From contig CAWDSK010000005.1 in NCBI GenBank assembly GCA_963804995.1, positions 704,001 to 768,000 of the forward strand: a stretch of DNA of 64,000 bases. Reading direction: 5' to 3'. Below are positions 48,048 to 57,445 of this stretch, piece after piece. Position numbers and translations under genes: made by a program. The notes under the pieces are model-generated. The model saw nothing but the letters and a program-made list of their open reading frames with translations, had not been told where the DNA came from and searched no databases. This stretch comes from an uncultured Acidobacteriota bacterium (GTDB lineage Bacteria > Acidobacteriota > Terriglobia > UBA7540). Within the stretch, counting starts at the first letter, position 1, and every line of letters begins with the position of its first letter.

Positions 48048-49430
48048 TTAGTTCGCAGCCTTCGTCCCACCCGGCCAGTGCATGTCGACCGGGCCCTTGT
48101 CGCCGGTAAGTTCGCCCTTCTCCGCGTTCCAGAACACTCGCTGCTTTTCGTGGTAAGAGATATTGGCCATATGGCATGCCACCGCGGTACCGCAGCCAAA
48201 ATCCACATTTTCGATCGGCTGCGTCCGCGTCTTGATAGCCTCGAACCAGTTGCGCATGTGATCCACGGTGCCCTCGGCGGTCTGGCGCATGGATTGCGGC
48301 TGGCGGTGCGGCTGTTTTGCATAAGTACCGACATCCGCCGTCGGGTCGTCCTTGCGCGCCGCGATGAACGCATCCTTGGTGTCCTTGGGCCAGGACTCCA
48401 GCGGATAGCTGAACTCCCATCCCTCATCGTACGGCTTGAACTCTGCGGACTCCTCGGTCAGCACCACCGTACCCTTGTCGCCCATAAAGCGCACAATCTC
48501 ACCGCCGTCCCAGTTGGAGACCAGATTCGCCGTCACCACCACCTGGAAAGTGCCATAGTCGTAAAGCGTGTTGTGGATGTCGGGCACTTCGCGGTCGCCG
48601 GTCCACTTGTAGATGCCCCCGTTCGCGACGCCGCTCAGGGGATACTGGACGTTCATCAAGTAGTGAACACGCGAGAGAAGGTGGACGTACTCGTCGCCCG
48701 CGATGCCGGTGCCGTAGTCCCACCAATTGCGGAACTGGAAGAAGCGCGCGGCGTCGAAAGGCCGCTGGGGCGCATTACCCAGGTAACGCTCCCAGTCGAC
48801 CGTCTGCGGCGTGGCGTCGGGCGGCACGGGATACTTCCACGCGCCCACGGGGTCAGGCCGATAAATCTCGCACTGCACCATGAAGACCTTGCCAATGTCG
48901 CCCGCGTCCAGGTGCTGCTTGCCCCAGGCCGTGGACTGCATGCTCAGGCTCTGGCTGCCCACCTGCACCACGCGGCCGGTCTCTTTTGACACCTTCACCA
49001 TTTCCAGCGCTTCGGGAATGGTATGCGTCATGGGCTTTTCGCAGTAAACATCCTTGCCGGCTTTCATGGCTTCGACGGCAATCGGCTTGTGCCAGTGGTC
49101 GGAAGTGGCAATCAACACGGCATCGACATCCTTGCGATCAAGCACTCGGCGATAGTCACGCGTTGTCGGGGTGTTGGCCTGGATTTCCTGCGCGCGACGG
49201 AGGTGGCCGTCGTAAAGGTCACAGACCATGGCCACATTGGCGCCCGCATCCAACAAGCTCTGCATGTTTTCGAGCCCGCGGATGCCGGCCCCGATCACGC
49301 CCACCATGATCTTATCGTTGGGCAACGTCGCACGGCCAAGTGCCGGCGCCCCGAATCCCAGGCTGGCTGCTGCCGCGCCCCCTACGGTGCGCCCGATGAA
49401 CTCACGACGGGAAATTTCCTGCTTGGACAT
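48048..49430 (-). CDS. Tat-exported Gfo/Idh/MocA family oxidoreductase
   Basis: AGGAGG RBS, SRREFI Tat motif, GVIGAGIRG, ATSDHWH, YCEKP. Confidence 0.92.
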   Translation of the reverse strand: MSKQEISRREFIGRTVGGAAAASLGFGAPALGRATLPNDKIMVGVIGAGIRGLENMQSLLDAGANVAMVCDLYDGHLRRAQEIQANTPTTRDYRRVLDRKDVDAVLIATSDHWHKPIAVEAMKAGKDVYCEKPMTHTIPEALEMVKVSKETGRVVQVGSQSLSMQSTAWGKQHLDAGDIGKVFMVQCEIYRPDPVGAWKYPVPPDATPQTVDWERYLGNAPQRPFDAARFFQFRNWWDYGTGIAGDEYVHLLSRVHYLMNVQYPLSGVANGGIYKWTGDREVPDIHNTLYDYGTFQVVVTANLVSNWDGGEIVRFMGDKGTVVLTEESAEFKPYDEGWEFSYPLESWPKDTKDAFIAARKDDPTADVGTYAKQPHRQPQSMRQTAEGTVDHMRNWFEAIKTRTQPIENVDFGCGTAVACHMANISYHEKQRVFWNAEKGELTGDKGPVDMHWPGGTKAAN

Positions 49431-49709
49431 AATTCCTCCTCGCTTAAGGGTCAGAATGCACCAGCGGATTCTAACACAGCGGTGGGTAGGGGCATTCATA
49501 ACCACACATGGACGGGAGGGTTCCCCCACTGACATCACGGTTCAACTGAGCTGACCGGGATTTTATACCGCCGCAAGCGGGAGAGTCTACCCAGGTCTGG
49601 CGCGAAACGACGGAGATGCAATTGTTGGTAAAATCGAGGACTGGCGCGGTCCGCACCGGAAAGAGGCCAACGCTTCTTCCTTTTTAGGAAGCGATTGAGT
49701 TTTGATCAA

Positions 49710-50168
49710 TCATTGATCTTGGTAGACATTCAAGAGCTGTAGCCGCGTGGCCTCAAGGCGCTCCTCGACGACATGCGCGAATCGTTTCAGGAGTTCGTAA
49801 CCCAGATCGTGGTCGCGTTCGGCTTTTTCGCGAAGACACTTTCCATCCGCGGCAAAGGCGCGAGTGCCCTCGATTGTTTGGGCGGAGAACTTCCAACGGT
49901 AAGGAGGAAAAAGCCAAGACCACCCCAGGATTTCACCGGCGTGGAGGGTTAGGATAGTTAGGGGGCCACGTCGTTCGGAATGTATCCGCAGCGCCACTTT
50001 CCCTTGGCGGATCAAGTAGAAATGATTGGCCTCTTCGCCTTCCTGGAAAATAATCTTTCCAGCCTCGAAGCGCACGTTGGAAACACAGCCGACGATGGTC
50101 TCGATGTGTCGCGCGGGCAGATCATGGAAAAACGGATGCGCACTCAGAATACCTTGTAGAGTTTCCAT
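49710..50168 (-). CDS. Cyclic nucleotide-binding domain protein (no HTH)
   Basis: IFQEGEEANHFYLIRQG, GEILGWSWL. Confidence 0.88.
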   Translation of the reverse strand: METLQGILSAHPFFHDLPARHIETIVGCVSNVRFEAGKIIFQEGEEANHFYLIRQGKVALRIHSERRGPLTILTLHAGEILGWSWLFPPYRWKFSAQTIEGTRAFAADGKCLREKAERDHDLGYELLKRFAHVVEERLEATRLQLLNVYQDQ

Positions 50169-50377
50169 GATGCCCCTCCTCCATCGATGGGATCAGATTG
50201 GGTTTTGGTTCTTCCCCCGACCTTGGCGCCACGGCTGGATGCGACTTCCGCCCGTACGCGCCTTTCCTGGGAGGAGGCGGATTTTGTTACGCCCCGCACT
50301 GCGCCCACCCACCTGTTTTAATCCGGTTGCGGCGTAACGCGCCCACACAGAATGGGACTTCGGGTTACCCGAGCCCG

Positions 50378-50836
50378 CTACTTTTCGACCGCCACAAGGT
50401 GCACTGAAAGTGCCTCTACGCGATTCTCGATAATTTGCGCAAATCGTTTCATGAGTTCGTACCCAAGGTCGTGGTCTTCGTCACATCTGGCACAAACGCT
50501 CCTTCCGTCCAAGGAGATGGCCCGTGTGACATCGAGCGCTTTGGCCGTGAATTTCCAGCGGTAGGGCGGAAAAAGCCACGACCATCCGATGATGTCTCCT
50601 TCTTCGAGGGTCATCAGCGTCAAGGGTTCGACACGGTAGGAAACAAGTTGCAATGCCACCCTGCCGTTCCGAATCAGATAACAACGCTGCGCCGGTTCAC
50701 CCTCTTCGAAGATTAAGTCTCCGGGCTCGAACCTCACGACGGTTGCGCTCTCGACGAGGGTTCGGAGATGTTGTTCCTTCATACCCCTAAGCAATGGATT
50801 TTCGCCCAACACCTTCTCTAAAGTTATAGTCTCCAT
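50378..50836 (-). CDS. Cyclic nucleotide-binding domain protein, paralogue of neighbour
   Basis: IFEEGEPA..CYLIRNG, GWSWLFPPYRWKF. Confidence 0.88.
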   Translation of the reverse strand: METITLEKVLGENPLLRGMKEQHLRTLVESATVVRFEPGDLIFEEGEPAQRCYLIRNGRVALQLVSYRVEPLTLMTLEEGDIIGWSWLFPPYRWKFTAKALDVTRAISLDGRSVCARCDEDHDLGYELMKRFAQIIENRVEALSVHLVAVEK

Positions 50837-50849
50837 GGTTCTCCTCCCC

Positions 50850-51368
50850 TTAAGATTCTTTGTCGACACACTTACCCGTGACGATGGATTTACCGCACGC
50901 TAACTCTTCGAGGGTCTCCTGATACAGCTTTTCCTCGGTAACTTTCTTGGGCGCCAACCCCAAGGCAACCGCCACCCCGTAAAGGATGGCCTCGGGTCGT
51001 GGCGGACACCCGGGAACGTAAAAATCAACCGGAATAACCTTGTCTGCGCCTCCCATCACGTTATAGGTGTCGAACCAGCAGCCGCCTCCCGTCGCACAGG
51101 AGCCGATAGCGAACGTAAGCTTCGGATTGGGAACGGCCTCTACCAACCTCTTGAGCGCCGGCGCAACCTGTCGTGTGACGGGGCCGCTAACCAAGAGGAC
51201 ATCCGCGTGCCGGGGAGAGCCCACGAGCTTGATCCCGAAACGCTCGGCATCATAATAAGGAGTGAGAACATTGATAACTTCGATATCACACCCGTTGCAC
51301 GCCCCGCAGTTGGCGTGGTACACCCAAAGCGCTTTGGGAAACGCCTTCTTGCAGAGACCTTTTAGCAT
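50850..51368 (-). CDS. hyfI: Group 4 [NiFe]-hydrogenase small subunit (NuoB-like)
   Basis: CNGCDIE, SPRHAD, GSCA, VPGCPPRP. Confidence 0.88.
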   Translation of the reverse strand: MLKGLCKKAFPKALWVYHANCGACNGCDIEVINVLTPYYDAERFGIKLVGSPRHADVLLVSGPVTRQVAPALKRLVEAVPNPKLTFAIGSCATGGGCWFDTYNVMGGADKVIPVDFYVPGCPPRPEAILYGVAVALGLAPKKVTEEKLYQETLEELACGKSIVTGKCVDKES

Positions 51369-51427
51369 GCTCGCACCTCATGCAAATAGATCAACCACGA
51401 TCGGCTGACGGGAGGCAGAGAATCGCG

Positions 51428-52939
51428 TCACCTTCGCAGGGTAGCCAGCACTGCCGCCGCGCGGTCCAGCAGCGGGTATGGCATTTGGGGGTAAATTCCA
51501 AGCAATCCGCACATTCCCGCCAAAAACACCATGGGGAACCACATTCGCGCCGGCACTTCCCTTACCACCGAGGCGGAGTTACTGCTCGATCCTGGGTCAC
51601 CCCAAAACACTCTGTACGCTGCTCGAACCATCACGACCATGGTCAAAATACTCACCAGGACGGCGATGACTGCCGCCCACCACAACCCGGCTCTGGCGAG
51701 GGCCAAATACACGGTCAGTTTGCTCCAGAATCCATTGAGTGGCGGAAAGCCCGCAATCGCCAGTGCCCCTAGAAAGAAACAGGCGCTCGTGATCGGCATC
51801 TGCTTTCTGAGCCCGCCCAGCTCGCTGATTCGCCGAGCGCCCGTGGCATACATCACTGCGCCCACGCACATGAACAACAGTGACTTGTAAAGCGCATGGT
51901 TGAGTAAGTGAAAAAGGCCGCCATAACATCCCAGGTAAGTCCCAAGCCCGATGCCGACCAGCACATAGCCCATCTGGCTTACGGATGAATACGCCAGGAG
52001 CCGCTTGAGGTCGTTTTGGGGCAAAGCCAGGATGATGCCCAGCAGCATGGTGAACGTGCCCAGCGCCACGAGGAAGATCGTGACCTGAGGCCAGGCGGGG
52101 TAGAAGATGCTCACCGTGCGGGCCAGGGCATACAGCGCCATCTTGATCATCACGCCTGACAGCAGCACGCTAATCGGCGTCGGCGCCTCGGCGTGCGCGT
52201 CTGGGAGCCAGGGATGAAACGGCGCAATGCCCGCTTTGGTCCCAAATCCAATCACGAGAAACGCGATGGCAATCGCCGCCGTGCCGCTGGGTATGAATTG
52301 CACCACGTTGCGGATGTTGCTGATCAGCAGGGCGCTCGCTCCTCCCAGCTTATCCGTGGCCGCCGCACCGGCGTAGAGCAACACGCAACCGAACAGGGCG
52401 AAGGTAATCCCAATGGTGAGCAACATGAGGTACTTGTAGCCCGCTTCCAGCGCGCGGCGGTCCCAATAGAAGGCCACCAGCAGGCCTGAGGTGAGTGTGG
52501 TGGCTTCAATGGCGACGTAGAGCATGATCACGTTGTTGGTGACGCATCCCCATAACATGGTCCCGAGAAACCACATCAGCAGACCATAGAATATGCGAAG
52601 GCGGCGCGCGGTCGTGTCCTTGGCCAGGTGCTCCTCGAGGTATCGTACGGAGTAAATCGAGGTGAGCAGTCCGACCCCGCCGATGATGACCACCATTAAG
52701 GCACTCAAGGCATCGACGCGGAGTTCGCCGCTCCAGGTTGTCAGGACCGCCCCCTGCATGATCCGGTAGGCCATCCAAGCGCTCAACCCGGTGACAAGCG
52801 CCGCTGTACTAACGGATAACCATTGTTGAAAAGCGCGACCCAGGCGCGTTGCCGAGAATATGATTGCGCCCGTCGCTAGCGGCAAGAGGAATATAATCGC
52901 GGGTAGGACGGATGTTTCGTTGAGCGGCTCGCTCGCCAT
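51428..52939 (-). CDS. hyfF: Proton-translocating antiporter-like subunit (HyfF-like)
   Basis: IEATTL, ALEAGYKY, GTKAGIAPFHPWLPDAHAEAP, KRLLAYSS. Confidence 0.8.
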   Translation of the reverse strand: MASEPLNETSVLPAIIFLLPLATGAIIFSATRLGRAFQQWLSVSTAALVTGLSAWMAYRIMQGAVLTTWSGELRVDALSALMVVIIGGVGLLTSIYSVRYLEEHLAKDTTARRLRIFYGLLMWFLGTMLWGCVTNNVIMLYVAIEATTLTSGLLVAFYWDRRALEAGYKYLMLLTIGITFALFGCVLLYAGAAATDKLGGASALLISNIRNVVQFIPSGTAAIAIAFLVIGFGTKAGIAPFHPWLPDAHAEAPTPISVLLSGVMIKMALYALARTVSIFYPAWPQVTIFLVALGTFTMLLGIILALPQNDLKRLLAYSSVSQMGYVLVGIGLGTYLGCYGGLFHLLNHALYKSLLFMCVGAVMYATGARRISELGGLRKQMPITSACFFLGALAIAGFPPLNGFWSKLTVYLALARAGLWWAAVIAVLVSILTMVVMVRAAYRVFWGDPGSSSNSASVVREVPARMWFPMVFLAGMCGLLGIYPQMPYPLLDRAAAVLATLRR

Positions 52940-52974
52940 AGGGTCGTCCCTCTGCACTTACCGTTTGACCGCGA

Positions 52975-53649
52975 TTACCACCTTAGTTCCCGCAGCCGAA
53001 ACGTATCCGTGGATCCAAATGCCATTCGTACTCCGCCTATCACGTACAGGAGAAGGAATACGGTCACCACCACTTCCGTCGCGACGCCGAAGAGCGCGGT
53101 TTCCGGCAACCCGGGAGCTAGGCTCACCAGACTCAGGTGTACGCCGTTTTCAAGCAGGCAGAGCCCGATCACCGTTTTGATTGCGTCGCGACGTGTCAGC
53201 ACTGCGTACAGGCCCAGCGCGAAAACCGTGGACGCCACCGCCAGATTCGTTCGGAACACATCGAGTTGCCCCAATGCGGTGGGCGCGAGAAGCGTGGTTC
53301 GAGCGTGGGTGAGATGGAAGAAGCCTAACATCAGCAAGGCGGCGATCACGGCGGAGGGGCCAAAGCCAATCACCGGCTTTAATTCCTTGTCATCCACATC
53401 ACGAATCGCCCGGAACAGGAACCAGGGTGTAAGGATCGCCTTCGTGACCAGGGCGGTGGCAGCCCACCAGTAGAGGGCGTGGTTGACCGCCGCAAAGCTC
53501 AGGAGCAGACCCACAATCAGGAGCGCCTGACAGAGGTAGGCGACAATCGAAAACTTGAGCCGCCGCATCTCCACCGCCGCCACCGAAGTAATCACCAGGG
53601 TCAGGCTCAGGGTCTCGATTAAACTTGCGTGCAGCGCCTCCGGGTTCAT
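52975..53649 (-). CDS. hyfE: Hydrogenase-4 membrane subunit (HyfE-like)
   Basis: Hydrophobic; TKA...P, LLENGVHL. Confidence 0.78.
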   Translation of the reverse strand: MNPEALHASLIETLSLTLVITSVAAVEMRRLKFSIVAYLCQALLIVGLLLSFAAVNHALYWWAATALVTKAILTPWFLFRAIRDVDDKELKPVIGFGPSAVIAALLMLGFFHLTHARTTLLAPTALGQLDVFRTNLAVASTVFALGLYAVLTRRDAIKTVIGLCLLENGVHLSLVSLAPGLPETALFGVATEVVVTVFLLLYVIGGVRMAFGSTDTFRLRELRW

Positions 53650-54098
53650 GCCCTTCCTCCGTCCTCGCCACCCCTGAAACCGGTTTTCATCATCCGGTCA
53701 AGCGCCGTGGGGGGCGGGAAGCACCGGCCGCATCTTTGGCAGGGCCCCATGAAAACCTCCAGCCGCATGTACATGTCCTGGGGAGCGTTGGTGGCGGTTT
53801 CGAATTGTTGGCTGAGGCGGATTGCCTTTTCGGGGCAGACTTCTTCGCACCTGCCGCAATACGTGCACCGGCGCCAGAAAAACTCCAGCACCCTTTTGTA
53901 CTGTTCCGCGTCCGACAGCACAATCACGCCGGCCGGGCAGACGTTTGCGCATCCGCCGCATCCGAAGCAGAGATCGGCATCGAGCGTGATCTTGCCGCGG
54001 AACCCGGGTTTGGGATCGTGGGGCGCAAACGGGTATCCGAGGGTCACCCGTCCGGCCTTCAAGCAAATCAGCGCTTCTCGCAGCTTGCTGAGGAACAC
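53646..54098 (-). CDS. 2x[4Fe-4S] ferredoxin subunit (HyfH/NuoI-like)
   Basis: CFGCGGCANVCP, CTYCGRCEEVCP. Confidence 0.88.
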   Translation of the reverse strand: MFLSKLREALICLKAGRVTLGYPFAPHDPKPGFRGKITLDADLCFGCGGCANVCPAGVIVLSDAEQYKRVLEFFWRRCTYCGRCEEVCPEKAIRLSQQFETATNAPQDMYMRLEVFMGPCQRCGRCFPPPTALDRMMKTGFRGGEDGGRA

Positions 54099-54123
54099 CG
54101 TAACCTCCTGCCAGTCTCAGTTG

Positions 54124-54178
54124 ATGTAGCGCCGACCTTCAGGCCGGCATGTGCTGACCTCAAGGTCAGCGCTACATC
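54124..54178. repeat. GTAG-type REP hairpin inside the operon
   Basis: ATGTAGCGCCGACCTT...AAGGTCAGCGCTACAT. Confidence 0.7.
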
Positions 54179-54196
54179 CGACGGCCGCGTTCGGCC

Positions 54197-55114
54197 CTAC
54201 TTCCCAATCACCGCAAAGGCCAGGGCGGCCAGCGACGATACCCCGACCCGCATGAAATAACCCATGGCCTGATCGATGCGCAGCCGCGGATTTACGACAT
54301 CGACCAATGTCACCAGCGCCAGCACCACGAGCACCTTCACGATGGTCGTGACGAGATCGATCAGATAGATTCCAGAGTGCGGCCAAGGGAAGAACACTTC
54401 CACCAGCAAGAAAGCGAGCACGAGTTGCTTCACCCACATCGCCCAGCGGAAGAGCGCCAGGCGTGGACCGCTTTGCTCGACCAATGGACCGCCCATGATT
54501 TCCTGGTCGGCCTCGGCAATGTCGAATGGCAACTTGCCAGCCACGGCTTGCAGCGCCAGGAAAAACGCCACGCCCCCTATCGCCATACTGATGCTGGGTC
54601 CGTCCTGCACCTGCCAGTCGGCGATGCCGCCCAGCGCCAAGGTTCTGGCCTTGAACGCCCCCACCGTGAGAGCGATGGCCAGGATGGGTTCAACCGATAG
54701 AAGCATCATCATCTCGCGCGAACTGCCGATCGACGCATAAGGGCTAGCACTGGCAAACCCTGCCAACATAATCGCGACACTGCTCATCGCCGCGACATAG
54801 AGCACCACAATCAAATCGCCGGCGAAGGCGAGCGGCGCGACCGTTCCCATGGGAACCAAGGCGGCAAGCAGCAGCACTGATCCCAGCGTGAAAGCCGGCA
54901 GGCTCGCGTAAACGATTCCACCCGTACTTCGCAGGTCCTCCTTGCCCAGGAGTTTCAAGAGGTCCCAATAGGGTTGCGTGATGGGGGGCCCGATTCGCGA
55001 ATGGATTGTGGCGCGAAGCTTGCGCATAAGGCCTTCCGCAAGTGGCGACAACAACAGAGCGGCCGCCACGTTCAGCAAGCAGAGCAGAAGAATCTTAGCG
55101 AGCCAAACGATCAT
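54197..55114 (-). CDS. hyfC: NuoH-like membrane subunit (HyfC/HycD)
   Basis: RIGPPITQPYWDLLKLLGKE, GSSRE, PFDIAEADQE. Confidence 0.85.
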   Translation of the reverse strand: MIVWLAKILLLCLLNVAAALLLSPLAEGLMRKLRATIHSRIGPPITQPYWDLLKLLGKEDLRSTGGIVYASLPAFTLGSVLLLAALVPMGTVAPLAFAGDLIVVLYVAAMSSVAIMLAGFASASPYASIGSSREMMMLLSVEPILAIALTVGAFKARTLALGGIADWQVQDGPSISMAIGGVAFFLALQAVAGKLPFDIAEADQEIMGGPLVEQSGPRLALFRWAMWVKQLVLAFLLVEVFFPWPHSGIYLIDLVTTIVKVLVVLALVTLVDVVNPRLRIDQAMGYFMRVGVSSLAALAFAVIGK

Positions 55115-56823
55115 CGCCGTCCTCCGCCGCGAGGATTCTTTCTGGACATCTCCAGAATCTCCGCGCGGGAATACACCTTGACCTCATTCGTTCTTCGATC
55201 CACTGTCTCCAGGCGTTCCGTGCAGGAAAAACAGGGGTCGAGACTCCCCAGCGTGATCGGCACGTCCGCGATGTTTCCATCGGTGACCATTGCCGGCAGA
55301 GCCTGCAAGTTGGGATAAGTTGGGGCACGTACTCTCCAGCGATACGGCCGATTATCACCGCCCGTCAGCACAAAGTGGACGGCCTCGCCCCGCGGCGCCT
55401 CGACCACCGACACCCCAATTCTCCCCGGCGGTATCGCCTCCTTGATCTCCGTGCAAATTGGCCCCTCGGGGATTGCCGACAGAGCCTCGCGCACCAGGCG
55501 AATGGATTCCATCAACTCGGTGATGCGCACCAGCACGCGCGCCCAGGTATCACCCGCCACCTCGGTGGCAATCCGGGGGGGGAGTTCGTCATACGCCGCG
55601 TAGGGGTGATCGAGCCGCGCGTCGATGGCCACCGCCGAAGCTCTGGCCGGCGGGCCCACGGCACAGGTTTTTTTCGCCCAGTCGTTCGTGAGCACGCCCA
55701 CTCCCTTGGTGCGGGCATGCAGCGTGGTGTCTCCCACCACCGCGTCGCGAACTGCCACGGATTGCTTTTCCACCTCGGCCAGTATCTCCAGGAGCTTGGG
55801 CTTCATTTCATTTGAGAGATCGCGCCGCAGCCCGCCGATGGTATTCATCCCATAGGTTTTGCGGTTTCCGGAGATCTCTTCACAAAGCCACATCACAGGC
55901 TCGCGAATCCGCCAGGTCTGCATGAGCACCGTTTCAAAGCCGATGATGTGCCCGGCAATACCCAACCAGAGCAGATGGGAATGGATACGTTCCAACTCCA
56001 GCATGATCGTGCGGATGAACCGGGCCCGGCGCGGCGCCTCGATGCCCGCTGCCTTCTCCACCGCCTGGCAATAGGCGGTGGAATGAATGAAGCCGCAAAT
56101 CCCGCATATTCTCTCGGCCAGATACGGGATTTCGTTGTAGGTCAAAACGCTGTCACCGAGTTTTTCAATTCCCCGGTGGTTATAGAAGAGGCGGGTGTCG
56201 CATCCCACCACCGTTTCACCTTCGACGAACATGCGCCAGTAGGAAGGTTCCTCCAGGACCGGGAAGAACGGCCCCAGTGGCAACACACTGGCGCCAGCGG
56301 GAGGGTCACGCAGTTGCGGAGCTACATTTTCAGCGCGCGGAGGCCGGTAGTTATAAGGAAAATCCTTGCGCAATGGATAGACGCCCTCCGGCCAGTCGTC
56401 GGCCAGGAGCAGGCGGCGGGGATCGGGATGGCCTTCGGGATGCACTCCGATGGCATCGCGGAATTCCCGCTCCGCCCAATTGGCCCCCGGGATGATCTCG
56501 GTAATCGATTCAATCTTGAGGTCCGTTTCGGACACGGGAGATTCCAGCAGAACGTAGAGATGCGCACGGTCCAGGGAGAAGAGGTGTAAAACTGCGAAGT
56601 TGCCGGTAAGGGATCGGGTATCCGTGCCCACCGAAATCATGAAGCGCGCACCCAACTCGTTGACCAGCGCGTCCACCACCGCTCGCATGGCCTTCTTATC
56701 GATCACGAAGTGAAGGGTATCGGCGTGAGGTTGCGTCCCTGACAGGAAAGCCTCGTCGCTGCGTGCGGCGACTGTTTCCTCAACCTGCGTAACCGTCCGC
56801 TGCTCGGTAATAATCATGCCCAT
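55111..56823 (-). CDS. hyfG: Group 4 [NiFe]-hydrogenase large subunit (NuoC+NuoD-like, HycE/HyfG)
   Basis: L1 ERICGIC and L2 DPCFSC Ni-binding motifs; C-terminal extension; GAGGAG RBS before 56823. Confidence 0.9.
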   Translation of the reverse strand: MGMIITEQRTVTQVEETVAARSDEAFLSGTQPHADTLHFVIDKKAMRAVVDALVNELGARFMISVGTDTRSLTGNFAVLHLFSLDRAHLYVLLESPVSETDLKIESITEIIPGANWAEREFRDAIGVHPEGHPDPRRLLLADDWPEGVYPLRKDFPYNYRPPRAENVAPQLRDPPAGASVLPLGPFFPVLEEPSYWRMFVEGETVVGCDTRLFYNHRGIEKLGDSVLTYNEIPYLAERICGICGFIHSTAYCQAVEKAAGIEAPRRARFIRTIMLELERIHSHLLWLGIAGHIIGFETVLMQTWRIREPVMWLCEEISGNRKTYGMNTIGGLRRDLSNEMKPKLLEILAEVEKQSVAVRDAVVGDTTLHARTKGVGVLTNDWAKKTCAVGPPARASAVAIDARLDHPYAAYDELPPRIATEVAGDTWARVLVRITELMESIRLVREALSAIPEGPICTEIKEAIPPGRIGVSVVEAPRGEAVHFVLTGGDNRPYRWRVRAPTYPNLQALPAMVTDGNIADVPITLGSLDPCFSCTERLETVDRRTNEVKVYSRAEILEMSRKNPRGGGRR

Positions 56824-56966
56824 CTCCTCAGCGCCTGTGCAAAAACGTCGGACTGGAGCAGCAGTCTCTGCGGCTCTGCCGCCCCGCTGTGCGGAAAGGC
56901 TTCGCCTTTCCGGACCACATGTGCCCGAACCAACCTCCTTCGTGCGGAGGTCCATTTGAATCTACT

Positions 56967-57147
56967 TCCCTCGCCCCCTTGGGGGAGAGGGTGGCCCGCT
57001 GCCGGCGCTTTCATCAGCCGGGGCGGGACGGGTGAGGGGGTCTAAACCGTAGGGCCTAATTCCGAATTGGCCCAGTGCATTCATGTCGGTACTAACCCCC
57101 TCACCCACCGCCTTGCGGTTCCCCCTCTCCCCCAAAGGGGCGAGGGC
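56967..57147. repeat. Inverted pair of CCCTCTCCCC REP elements
   Basis: CCCTCGCCCCCTTGGGGGAGAGGG...GGTGAGGGGG and ACCCCCTCACC...CCCTCTCCCCCAAAGGGGCGAGGG. Confidence 0.75.
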
Positions 57148-57181
57148 AGTAATTTCAAAATAATGCGCCCAGTCCGCACAC

Positions 57182-57437
57182 CGCCCGGCACAGCCGCCCT
57201 CGGACCAGGTTTTGACATGGTAAATCAGCACCACCCCGGCGCTCGGCGCGCCACCCCTCCTCATCTGAGGAGGGGAGCATTTTCGTGATAGCGCCCGGCA
57301 CAGCCGCCCTCGGACCAGGTTTTGACATGGTAAATCAGCACCACCCCGGCGCTCGGCGCGCCACCCCTCCTCATCTGAGGAGGGGAGCATTTTCGTGACA
57401 GCGCCCGGCATAGCCACCCTCGGACCAGGTTTTGACA
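57182..57437. repeat. Tandem direct repeat, 110-bp period (~2.3 units)
   Basis: Units start 57182, 57292, 57402; internal CCCCTCCTCA-TC-TGAGGAGGGG hairpin. Confidence 0.92.
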
Positions 57438-57445
57438 CAGGCTCC

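Noticed and set aside
57182..57437. Possible CRISPR array
   Set aside because: 110-bp near-perfect tandem duplication without spacers or cas genes.
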